Shown: positions 7,281-15,391 of the stretch, piece by piece
Numbering within the stretch: the first letter of the stretch is position 1
Layout of the letters: each line of letters opens with the position of its first letter
IMG/VR virus record: IMGVR_UViG_3300045988_041082
Length of the DNA: 42,135 nucleotides
Source of the DNA: a virus
Strand: one strand, 5' to 3'
Notes under the pieces: generated by a model
The model's database searches: none
The model's input: the letters and a program-made list of their open reading frames with translations, nothing else
Told to the model about the DNA's origin: nothing
Translations under genes and position numbers: made by a program

Positions 7281-9053
7281 ATGCTGTTCTATGATTTTGA
7301 GGTATTCAAAGAAGATTGGTTGGTTGTAATTATGGATATGACCAATAAGAAAGAACACATCATTATCAATGATGCTGACAAGCTGGAAGCGGTATATAAA
7401 GCTAATAAGCATGATATTTGGGTTGGTTATAATTCAAGAAATTATGACCAGTATATTTTGAAAGGAATCCTTTGCGGATTCAACCCAAAAGAATTGAATG
7501 ATTTCATCATTGTTGAAGGTAAGAAAGGTTGGCAGTATTCAAGCCTTTTCAGAAAGTTCCCATTGAACAATTATGATGTGATTCTAACCAATGATGGTGG
7601 TTTGAAATCCTTAGAAGGTTTTATGGGGAACAGCATCAAGGAAACATCAGTTCCATTCGATATTGATAGAAAGCTGACAGAAGAAGAACTGCAAGAAACA
7701 GTGAAATACTGTAAGCATGATGTGGAACAAACAATTGAAGTTTTTATTCTTAGAAAAGAAGAATTTGAATCCCATCTTTCTTTGATAAAGGCTTTCAAAC
7801 TTCCCCTTTCTTATATCAGTAAGACAAAAGCACAGCTTGCAGCCATTATTCTTGGGGCTAACAAGCAAAGGCATGATGATGAATTTGAAATTGAGTTGCC
7901 CCCAACACTGAAGGTTGAAAAGTATAAGCACATTGTTAATTGGTACAAGAACCCTTTGAACAGAGATTATAGCAAGGTTCTTGAAACTGATGTTGCTGGT
8001 GTTCCTCATGTATTCGCCTGGGGCGGTTTGCATGGTGCAAGGGTTCAATACGCTGGTGAAGGTTATTATATCAATGTGGATGTTGCTTCTTACTATCCAG
8101 CTTTGATGATTGAATATGATTGGCTTTCAAGAAATGTTGCAGACCGTTCAAAATATAGAAACATCAGAGATACCCGCCTAAAGCTAAAAGCGGAAAAGAA
8201 CCCAATGCAGCAGCCTTATAAGATTGTTCTTAATTCTACTTATGGTGCTATGAAGGATGCCCAAAATGCAATGTATGACCCAAGACAAGCAAATAATGTT
8301 TGTGTTGGTGGGCAACTTCTTCTGCTTGACCTGATAGAAAAGTTGGAAGGGTTTTGTGAAATCATTCAATCCAATACAGATGGTATTCTTATCAAGATGC
8401 CTGAAGGAAATGATGAAGCAACTTGGTTTGATAAGGTTGATGATGTTTGCTTTGAGTGGGAACAAAGAACCAGGATGCAGCTTGAATTTGATGAATTCAG
8501 GAAAGTTTATCAGAAAGATGTAAACAACTATGTTATTGTTACTGCTTCAGGAAAGTACAAATGTAAAGGTGGATATGTGAAAAAACTGAATTCTCTTGAT
8601 TATGATTTACCAATTGTAAACAGGGCGGTTGTTGATTATCTGCTTCATGGAACTTCCCCTGAAGAAACTGTTGGAAACTGCACTGAACTGAAGGATTTTC
8701 AGAAGATTGTTAAGGTTAGTAGTAAATATTTATATGCACTGTATAAACCGAAAATCGAACAGAAGAAATTCAGGGATGAATCAGGCAGATTGAAAACAGC
8801 AAAAGTTTTTACTGGTGGTGAAAAGCAGAAGGAAAAGGCTTTCAGGGTATTTGCTTCAAAGCGTTCTACTGATGGTGGAATCTTCAAGGTGAAGAACGAA
8901 ACCAAGAACCCTGAAAAGTTTGCCAACAGCCCTGAAGTGTGTTTTATCATCAATGAATCAGTAAATGGAATGGAAATACCTGAACACCTTGATAAATCTT
9001 GGTATGTGAATTTTGCAAAGAAACGCTTACAAGATTTTGGTGTGTTTCTTTAG
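7281..9053 (+). CDS. Family-B DNA polymerase, compact at about 590 aa, with a 3'-5' exonuclease domain.
   Basis: Exo I FYDFEVF, Exo II YNSRNYDQY, Exo III YCKHDVEQ; motif A DVASYYPA; motif B KIVLNSTYG. Motif C is atypical (SNTDG). SD AAAGGAAGTGA before ATG 7281. Confidence 0.75.
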   Translation: MLFYDFEVFKEDWLVVIMDMTNKKEHIIINDADKLEAVYKANKHDIWVGYNSRNYDQYILKGILCGFNPKELNDFIIVEGKKGWQYSSLFRKFPLNNYDVILTNDGGLKSLEGFMGNSIKETSVPFDIDRKLTEEELQETVKYCKHDVEQTIEVFILRKEEFESHLSLIKAFKLPLSYISKTKAQLAAIILGANKQRHDDEFEIELPPTLKVEKYKHIVNWYKNPLNRDYSKVLETDVAGVPHVFAWGGLHGARVQYAGEGYYINVDVASYYPALMIEYDWLSRNVADRSKYRNIRDTRLKLKAEKNPMQQPYKIVLNSTYGAMKDAQNAMYDPRQANNVCVGGQLLLLDLIEKLEGFCEIIQSNTDGILIKMPEGNDEATWFDKVDDVCFEWEQRTRMQLEFDEFRKVYQKDVNNYVIVTASGKYKCKGGYVKKLNSLDYDLPIVNRAVVDYLLHGTSPEETVGNCTELKDFQKIVKVSSKYLYALYKPKIEQKKFRDESGRLKTAKVFTGGEKQKEKAFRVFASKRSTDGGIFKVKNETKNPEKFANSPEVCFIINESVNGMEIPEHLDKSWYVNFAKKRLQDFGVFL

Positions 9054-9068
9054 TTGGGGGGGGGGAGT

Positions 9069-10964
9069 ATGCAACTATTCAAAGGATATGTTCAAACTAA
9101 AAATAAAAAGTGCATAGAATCCTTTAAGGGCAGAACAGACTTGAAAACCCTTGACCAAGTAAAGGAACTTCCTGAATACGCTGGTATTCTTGCAGAAGAA
9201 ACAGTTTTGATTGATATTGATGATGCGGAAACATCAGAAATTCTTTTCAAAATTGTTCAAGATTTAGAATTGAAGTGTAGGGTTTACCAAACCACAAGGG
9301 GCAAGCATTTCTTGTTCAAAAACAGTGGTATGGAAAAGAACAAAACTGGATGCAAGCTTGCTATTTGCCTTCCTTCTGATATTAAACTTGGGTGCAACAA
9401 TTCTTATTCTATCCTGAAGTTCAATGGTGAAGATAGAAAAGTTCTGTATGATGTTCCTGAAGCTGAAATTCAAGAATGCCCAAAGTGGTTGTTTCCTGTT
9501 AAAACAACTACTGAATTTCTTGATATGGAAGCTGGGGATGGTAGAAACCAAAGCTTCTTCAACTACATACTTACTTTGCAAGCTTCTGATTTCACAGTGG
9601 AAGAAGCAAGGGAAACAATCAGCATTATTAACAAGTATGTTCTGAAGAACCCGCTTTCTGATAGGGAACTGAAAACCATTCTTAGGGATGATGCCTTTAA
9701 GAAGCCCATTTTCTTCAAGGGCAATACATTCTTGTTTGATAAATTTGCAACTTACATCAAGAACAACAACCACATCATCAGAATCAATGGAAGATTGCAC
9801 ATTTACAAAGATGGGGTTTATGTAAGTGCTGATAGTGAAATTGAATCCATGATGATTCAGCACATCAGCAACCTTAACAAGACCAAAAGAAAAGAAGTTC
9901 TTGCTTATCTTGAACTTCTGATAAGGGAAAACAAGAAAGAAGCAAGTTCCAACTTGATTGCTTTCAAAAATGGAATTTACAACATCCTGGATGATTCCTT
10001 TGTTCCCTTCAACCCTGAAATCATTATAACTAACCTGATTCCTTGGGATTACAACCCCGCTGCTGAAAATGAATTGGTGGATGCAACCCTTGATAAAATG
10101 GCTTGCTATGATGAACAGATTAGGGCATTGCTTGAAGAATGCGTTGGTTACTGCTTTTACAGAAGAAATGAACTTGGTAAAGCTTTCATTTTCACTGGTG
10201 AAGGTGCAAATGGTAAATCCACTTTCATTGATATGATTAAAACAATGCTTGGGGATGAAAACATTGCTTCCCTTGACCTGAAGGAACTTGGGGATAGATT
10301 CAAAACTGCTGAACTTTATGGAAAGCTTGCCAATGTTGGTGATGATATTGGTGATGAATTCATTGCTAATGCTTCAGTGTTCAAAAAACTTGTTACTGGT
10401 GAAAGGGTTAGTGTTGAACGAAAAGGACAAGACCCATTCGAATTCAACAACTATTCCAAGTTTCTGTTCAGTGCTAACAATATTCCAAGAATGCGTGATA
10501 AGACTGGTGCAGTTCAAAGAAGGCTTACAATCATTCCTTTTGAAGCTAAGTTTTCCAAGGAAGATGCTGATTATAGACCTTTCATAAAATATGATTTGCG
10601 GGAACAATCAGCAGTTGAAAGGCTTATTCTTCTTGGGATTGAAGGACTGAAGCGAGTTATTGCAAACAATGCCTTCACTAAGGCTGAAAAGGTTGATAAT
10701 GCCCTGAAGGAATATGAGGAAGAAAACAATTCTATCATCAGCTTTGTGAATGAATTTGGTGTTGAAAACATTGAAAATGAACCTACAAAAAATGTGTATG
10801 CTGCTTATTCAGAATTCTGTTTTGTAAATGGCTTGAAAGAAGCTTATTCCAATATCAGCTTCAGTAAGCAGATTCAAAAAAGATATGGGTTTGATATTGT
10901 ATCAACCCGCCTGAAAAGTGAAAACAACATGGTTTGTAGAGTGTTTAAGAAAAGGAAGGGTTAA
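9069..10964 (+). CDS. Primase-helicase: Prim-Pol-like N-terminal domain plus a D5/P4-alpha-type SF3 NTPase.
   Basis: LIDIDDAE...TTRGKHFLF (primase region); FTGEGANGKSTF Walker A; D5-like C-terminal domain. ATG 9069 is preceded by the G10 tract 9056-9065. Confidence 0.8.
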   Translation: MQLFKGYVQTKNKKCIESFKGRTDLKTLDQVKELPEYAGILAEETVLIDIDDAETSEILFKIVQDLELKCRVYQTTRGKHFLFKNSGMEKNKTGCKLAICLPSDIKLGCNNSYSILKFNGEDRKVLYDVPEAEIQECPKWLFPVKTTTEFLDMEAGDGRNQSFFNYILTLQASDFTVEEARETISIINKYVLKNPLSDRELKTILRDDAFKKPIFFKGNTFLFDKFATYIKNNNHIIRINGRLHIYKDGVYVSADSEIESMMIQHISNLNKTKRKEVLAYLELLIRENKKEASSNLIAFKNGIYNILDDSFVPFNPEIIITNLIPWDYNPAAENELVDATLDKMACYDEQIRALLEECVGYCFYRRNELGKAFIFTGEGANGKSTFIDMIKTMLGDENIASLDLKELGDRFKTAELYGKLANVGDDIGDEFIANASVFKKLVTGERVSVERKGQDPFEFNNYSKFLFSANNIPRMRDKTGAVQRRLTIIPFEAKFSKEDADYRPFIKYDLREQSAVERLILLGIEGLKRVIANNAFTKAEKVDNALKEYEEENNSIISFVNEFGVENIENEPTKNVYAAYSEFCFVNGLKEAYSNISFSKQIQKRYGFDIVSTRLKSENNMVCRVFKKRKG

Positions 10965-10967
10965 GTG

Positions 10968-11624
10968 ATGATTAAAGACAGTGGAAACAGAACCAACTTT
11001 GAAAGCGGTGCTGTTAGGGATATTCAAAGCGGAAAAGGAAGGTGTGATTTAATGCCCCTGGGTGTTGTTGCTAACCTTATTGATTCTGAAGAAATCAGGG
11101 GAATTTCCATTTTCAAAGATACTGGTGATACTGATTTTCTGTATGCTTGCCTGAAGGAATTCTGCAATGATTCCCCCTTTTTCAGTGCTTATACCATGCT
11201 GCTTGAAGTGGCAAAGCACTTTGAAGAAGGTGCTGAAAAGTATGGTGAAAACAATTGGCAGAAAGGAATTCCAGTTCACAGCTACATTGATTCTGCAATC
11301 AGGCATTTGCTTAGATACTGGAACAATGAAAATGATGAAAGGCATGATAGAGCTTTTTGCTGGAATATCCTTTGTGCAATTTGGACTTGTGAAAACAAGC
11401 CTGAACTGAATGATTTCAGTGTAAAGTGTGCTGAAGATGATTCTGATGATAGAACGGTATTTGAAGTGGTAAGGGCTATTGCAAAGGATTTGGGTATTGA
11501 AGTTCAGTTTGTAGAAGATTATTGCACTAAGTGCATCCACAATGACAAAGAACCAAAGGAATTCCCTTGCAGTGAATGCAGTTCCAAGTTTGATGAAATG
11601 CCTACTAAGTTTGAAAGGAAGTAA
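10968..11624 (+). CDS. Putative nucleotide pyrophosphohydrolase (resembling the phage dATP/dGTP diphosphohydrolase N-terminal domain) with a C-terminal zinc ribbon.
   Basis: GAEKYGENNWQKGIP...DSAIRHLLRYW motif pattern; CTKC...CSEC. The family assignment rests on recall and is tentative. Confidence 0.4.
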   Translation: MIKDSGNRTNFESGAVRDIQSGKGRCDLMPLGVVANLIDSEEIRGISIFKDTGDTDFLYACLKEFCNDSPFFSAYTMLLEVAKHFEEGAEKYGENNWQKGIPVHSYIDSAIRHLLRYWNNENDERHDRAFCWNILCAIWTCENKPELNDFSVKCAEDDSDDRTVFEVVRAIAKDLGIEVQFVEDYCTKCIHNDKEPKEFPCSECSSKFDEMPTKFERK

Positions 11625-11629
11625 TTGAT

Positions 11630-12256
11630 ATGAGAATTATTGAACCAAGTGTTGAAATCTTAACCCCTATTGATGGTGAAGCTATTCTTAAAATGCTTGA
11701 AGCGGTTGGAAGAACTTGTTATAAATCTGAAGATAAGATTCAGGAAGGTTCTGCTGAAAAGTTTATTTCCAACATTGTAAAGCGTGGGCATGAAGCAGTT
11801 ATTGAGCATTACAACATTACAGTAAAGTTTATTTGTGATAGAGGGGTTACACATGAAATTGTAAGGCACAGATTAGCTTCTTATTGCCAAGAATCAACCC
11901 GCTATTGCAATTATGCCAATGATAAATTCAATGGTGAAATCACAGTGATTAAGCCTATGTTCCTTGAAGTTGGAACAGATGGTTGGGAACTTTGGCATGA
12001 TGCTTGTGCTATGGCTGAAAAATTCTATTTTGATTTGCTTGATTTTGGATGTACCCCACAGGAAGCAAGGGCGGTTCTTCCGAACAGCTTAAAAACTGAA
12101 CTTGTTATGACTGCAAACATCAGAGAATTCAGGCACTTCTTCAATCTTAGATGTTCAAAGGCTGCACATCCTCAAATGCGTGAAGTTGCAAATATGCTTC
12201 TTAGAGAATTCAAAGAAAGGATTCCTGTTCTGTTTGATGATATTGAAGGGATGTGA
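11630..12256 (+). CDS. thyX: Flavin-dependent thymidylate synthase ThyX.
   Basis: ThyX signature RHRLASYCQES (RHRx7S); conserved ...NLRCSKAAHPQMREVA region; size about 208 aa. Confidence 0.8.
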   Translation: MRIIEPSVEILTPIDGEAILKMLEAVGRTCYKSEDKIQEGSAEKFISNIVKRGHEAVIEHYNITVKFICDRGVTHEIVRHRLASYCQESTRYCNYANDKFNGEITVIKPMFLEVGTDGWELWHDACAMAEKFYFDLLDFGCTPQEARAVLPNSLKTELVMTANIREFRHFFNLRCSKAAHPQMREVANMLLREFKERIPVLFDDIEGM

Positions 12257-12260
12257 TTAA

Positions 12261-12602
12261 ATGAATCGTTCCCAAAGAAGAAAGTTAGAAAAACAAGGCA
12301 TTAAGACCGAAAAAGAAAAGGTTATCAATATCAAAACTTCAGATGTTCAGAAGATTAAAGAAGATGCTGCACACAATGCAGCAGATACAGCATTTTTTTT
12401 AATGCTTGCTATTCCAGTAATGGTTATCCATGATAAATACCCAAGAATTATGAAGCGTGTTGAAGATGGAAAACCAAGGGAAGAAAGATTTGCTGATTTG
12501 TGTATTGATTTATATGATTCTTTTCAGAAGGGTTATGTTTCAATTGAGGATTTGCAGAAGTGCTTGTGGGAAGAAGCTGGTGTAAAGATAGAAAGGAAGT
12601 AA
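12261..12602 (+). CDS. Hypothetical protein (113 aa).
   Basis: ORF in an operon context. Confidence 0.45.
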   Translation: MNRSQRRKLEKQGIKTEKEKVINIKTSDVQKIKEDAAHNAADTAFFLMLAIPVMVIHDKYPRIMKRVEDGKPREERFADLCIDLYDSFQKGYVSIEDLQKCLWEEAGVKIERK

Positions 12603-12605
12603 GCT

Positions 12606-12821
12606 ATGGGAAATAAAGATAATCCAAGAAACAATTCTGAAGGGTATGCAGACCCCACAGCTTATGAAGGTACTAAGAACATCATCAGGGAAGAAAACCT
12701 TCAGCAGAAGCGAATTACTGAACTGATGAATGTTCTTAGATACATAATTGATAAGGCTGGGTTTGAATTGAAGTACAGAATTGTTTTCGTGGATAAGAAA
12801 ACAGGAAAGGAGTATAGGTAA
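12606..12821 (+). CDS. Hypothetical protein (71 aa).
   Basis: ORF in an operon context. Confidence 0.4.
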   Translation: MGNKDNPRNNSEGYADPTAYEGTKNIIREENLQQKRITELMNVLRYIIDKAGFELKYRIVFVDKKTGKEYR

Positions 12822-12826
12822 TTCTG

Positions 12827-13042
12827 ATGAATAATTTTAAGTTCAGAATGAACCTTCTTGAACAAGCTTTGCAAACAGATAACAGAAAGATAATTGTTCA
12901 AAGAAGCAAAGATGTTCTTGAAGCTTACAAGCAAGTAGGGGTTAATTTTCCTAATAGAAGCCTTTATGATGAAAGTAATTTGCAAACTATTGAAAAATAC
13001 AGAAAATTTAAGCTGTTGTTCAAACTTTTAGGATTTAAGTAA
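12827..13042 (+). CDS. Hypothetical protein (71 aa).
   Basis: ORF in an operon context. Confidence 0.4.
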   Translation: MNNFKFRMNLLEQALQTDNRKIIVQRSKDVLEAYKQVGVNFPNRSLYDESNLQTIEKYRKFKLLFKLLGFK

Positions 13043-13047
13043 GGAAG

Positions 13048-13251
13048 GTGATTCTGATGAAAAAGAAAAAGGTTGGATATTTTCTAATTATTGACCCGCA
13101 AAAGAATACCCTTAGAATCAGCACTGAAGATGAATGGCTGATTGAACAAGTGGTTAAAAACAATGCTAATATCAGGAAGCACAAAACCATTAAGGAATTG
13201 CTTGATGAAGTTAGGGATTATCTGAAAGGCGGTGGGCAAGATGATGAATAA
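13048..13251 (+). CDS. Hypothetical protein (67 aa).
   Basis: ORF in an operon context; SD GGAAGGTGA. Confidence 0.4.
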   Translation: MILMKKKKVGYFLIIDPQKNTLRISTEDEWLIEQVVKNNANIRKHKTIKELLDEVRDYLKGGGQDDE

Positions 13252-13807
13252 CGATTATGTGAAACTACAAGAACTGCTTGGGGATTATTGTACCCATGAA
13301 CTGATTGCTTTTCTGCATGAACATAATTATTTCACTTGTCCTGCTTCAGTGAAGCATCATGGAAATGAAACAGGTGGTTTGTTTGCCCATTCCATGGCAG
13401 TTGCAAAAACCCTGATTGATTTAACCAATAAGCTTGGGCTTGTTTGGCAGCGTGAGGAATCCCCCGCTATTATCGGTTTGTTCCATGATATGTGTAAAAC
13501 TGATGATTATGTGTATGTTGTAGATTCCCCTGGTAAGGAATTGTTTGGTGGTGCTGTTGTAAATGAAGTTGGGCATTGGGATTACAACCCTGAACCCATT
13601 CTGAAGGGGCATGGTGATAAATCTGTTCTGATGCTTTCAAGCATCCTTCAGCTTACAGAAGAAGAAATGTATTGCATCCGCTTTCACATGGGGGCTTTCA
13701 CTGATTCTTCTGAATGGAAGTTCTATACAAATGCTGTTCACAAGTTCAACAATGTTCTTTGGGTGCATCAGGCAGATATGATTGCAGCACACTGTTTGGG
13801 GGTGTAA
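13241..13807 (+). CDS. HD-domain phosphohydrolase.
   Basis: KHHGNETGGLFAHSMAVA and GLFHDMCK (H..HD motifs). ATG 13241 (alternative GTG 13232) with SD AAAGGCGGTG. Confidence 0.7.
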   Translation: MMNNDYVKLQELLGDYCTHELIAFLHEHNYFTCPASVKHHGNETGGLFAHSMAVAKTLIDLTNKLGLVWQREESPAIIGLFHDMCKTDDYVYVVDSPGKELFGGAVVNEVGHWDYNPEPILKGHGDKSVLMLSSILQLTEEEMYCIRFHMGAFTDSSEWKFYTNAVHKFNNVLWVHQADMIAAHCLGV

Positions 13808-13810
13808 GCT

Positions 13811-14104
13811 ATGCCCCCAAAAGACTTTATAAAGACAGAAGCAAAAGTGTTCCTGGATGGTAAGGAAGTTACAAATTTTTTTACTGAAGAAGTTCAGGTT
13901 ATTGGAACTGATGAATGTAATTCAGGGGAAGTTCTTAAACTGTATGATTCTTTCAGTGGAACAATTACCCTTTCAGGAAAACAAGCAAAGCGGTTTATCA
14001 AAGCAATGGTGAAAGCTGAAAGAAAGCACAAAATGCAGATTTTGAAAAGTAAGTTTCAAAATCTGTTCAAGGTTGTTGCAGATTTGTTCAAGGTTGGAAA
14101 GTGA
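13811..14104 (+). CDS. Hypothetical protein (97 aa).
   Basis: ORF in an operon context. Confidence 0.45.
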   Translation: MPPKDFIKTEAKVFLDGKEVTNFFTEEVQVIGTDECNSGEVLKLYDSFSGTITLSGKQAKRFIKAMVKAERKHKMQILKSKFQNLFKVVADLFKVGK

Positions 14105-14400
14105 ACCTTGAACAGCAGAAACCCTTGAAAACAAAGGCTTTTCAGTAGTGGTTGTTAAAGGTGTTCAAGATGTTCAAGGTAATATATTACTTAGAATATA
14201 AATTTGAATAAAAAAAAATTGAGTAAGAAAAAAATATTTTTTTTTTCTAAAATATATAAGTATATAGAAAATACCTTGAACACCTTGAACATTGAACAAG
14301 ATTTTGCCCTGAAACCCTTGAAAATAAAGGCTTTTTCCTTGTTCAAGGTTGAGAAGGGCAAAAATCAACCTTGAACAAGAATCTTGAACAAGAAAGAAGG
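14105..14400. repeat. Repeat-rich noncoding region A. It holds about 9 copies of (C)CTTGAACA(AG) in both orientations, where the full unit CTTG-NN-CAAG is palindromic. It also holds a GAAACCCTTGAAAACAAAGGCTTTT element, an inverted pair GTGTTCAAG/ATGTTCAAGG, and an A/T-tract core. It is about 80 percent homologous to region B (40925-41200). Candidate origin/iteron array or operator cluster.
   Basis: Motif copies at 14106, 14161(rc), 14170(rc), 14274, 14283, 14293, 14337 (palindrome CCTTGTTCAAGG), 14369 and 14383; A9/T10 tracts at 14210-14247. Confidence 0.7.
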
Positions 14401-14407
14401 TGTAAAC

Positions 14408-14848
14408 ATGAATGTAAAAGAGTATTTGAAGAAAGCTTATAGATTAGATAAGCTGATTAAATCCAATATGCGTGAGATAGAAGAACTAAAAGCTTTAGCT
14501 GAATGTGTTTCTTCTGTTCAAATTTCAGATATGCCAAGAAACCCTTCACATAGTAATGAAGCCCCATTTGTGAAGCCAATTCTAAAGATGTTAGAACTTC
14601 AGCAAACCATTGAAAACGAAATTACAGATTTTGTTGCAACCTTAACTGAAATCAGGGAAATCATTTATTCTATTGATAATCATGAACAGATTCTTTGCTT
14701 GAAGTGCAGATACTTAGAATTTATGAAATGGGAAGCTGTTGCAAATGAAATGGAACTTTCCCTGAAGCAAGTTCACAGAATTCATAATGAAGCATTGAAT
14801 TCCATAAAAATTAAGTATATGGAACGATTTGACACACTTTTGCCATAG
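14408..14848 (+). CDS. Putative late-gene transcriptional regulator, DUF1492-like with a sigma-70 region-4-like C-terminus.
   Basis: MNVKEYLKKAYRLDKLI...SDMPR...ILCLKCRYLEFMKWEAVANEMELSLKQVHRIHNEAL pattern; position immediately upstream of terS. ATG 14408 with SD AAGAAGGTG. The ORF-track TTG 14384 lies inside the repeats. Confidence 0.55.
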   Translation: MNVKEYLKKAYRLDKLIKSNMREIEELKALAECVSSVQISDMPRNPSHSNEAPFVKPILKMLELQQTIENEITDFVATLTEIREIIYSIDNHEQILCLKCRYLEFMKWEAVANEMELSLKQVHRIHNEALNSIKIKYMERFDTLLP

Positions 14849-14887
14849 AATGACACCAACAAAATCTGATATAATTATACTCGGAAA

Positions 14888-14918
14888 AGCACAAGCATAG
14901 GAAACTATTGCTTGTGCT
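14888..14918 (+). terminator. Stem-loop between the late-regulator gene and terS (AGCACAAGCA / TGCTTGTGCT). Either a leaky terminator or a 5'-UTR structure.
   Basis: Perfect 10-bp inverted repeat with an 11-nt loop, followed by TATTCTTGTAT. An extended -10 TGaTATAAT sits at 14867-14875 just upstream. Confidence 0.4.
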
Positions 14919-14959
14919 TATTCTTGTATAAAAATATACAGAAAGGAAGGTGAATTTCA

Positions 14960-15391
14960 TTGACTGATAAGCAAAGGAAGTTTTGTGATGAATACTTGAT
15001 TGATTGCAATGCAACCAGGGCTTATAAGGTTGCTTATCCTAATATCAAGAATGATAATGTGGCAAGTGCAGCGGGAACAAGACTGTTAGGAAATGTTAAG
15101 ATTAAAGCTTACATTGATACAAAGCTTGAAGAAATGAGTTCTGCAAAGGTTGCCAGTGCTGAAGAAGTAATGAAATACCTTACTTCTGTAATGCGTGGTG
15201 AATGCACTGAACAGATACCCCTTCTGATTGGTGAAGGGATTCAAAAGCTTGCTGATAAAGATATTGGTGCAAAGGAACGCTTGAAAGCTGCTGAATTGAT
15301 TGGTAAGCGTTATGGGCTATTCAGTGATAAGGTTAATTTTGAAGGAACTTTGCCAGTCATGATTGTGGGTGAAGATAACCTTGAAGAATAA
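14960..15391 (+). CDS. terS: Terminase small subunit (Terminase_2 family).
   Basis: DKQRKFCDEYLIDCNATRAYKVAYP...ASAAGTRLLGNVKIKAYID pattern; TTG start with SD AGGAAGGTGA. Confidence 0.8.
   Translation: MTDKQRKFCDEYLIDCNATRAYKVAYPNIKNDNVASAAGTRLLGNVKIKAYIDTKLEEMSSAKVASAEEVMKYLTSVMRGECTEQIPLLIGEGIQKLADKDIGAKERLKAAELIGKRYGLFSDKVNFEGTLPVMIVGEDNLEE

Noticed and set aside
10968-13807. Z-genome (2-aminoadenine) pathway suggested by the dATP/dGTP pyrophosphohydrolase-like and HD proteins
   Set aside because: No PurZ (adenylosuccinate-synthetase homologue) exists anywhere in the 42 kb. ThyX points to pyrimidine metabolism instead. The hypothesis is left open only as generic DNA modification.
14105-14400. 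CRISPR array as an explanation for the short repeats
   Set aside because: The repeat units are only 8-10 bp, irregularly spaced and in both orientations, with no spacer-repeat periodicity and no cas genes. They are not CRISPR.
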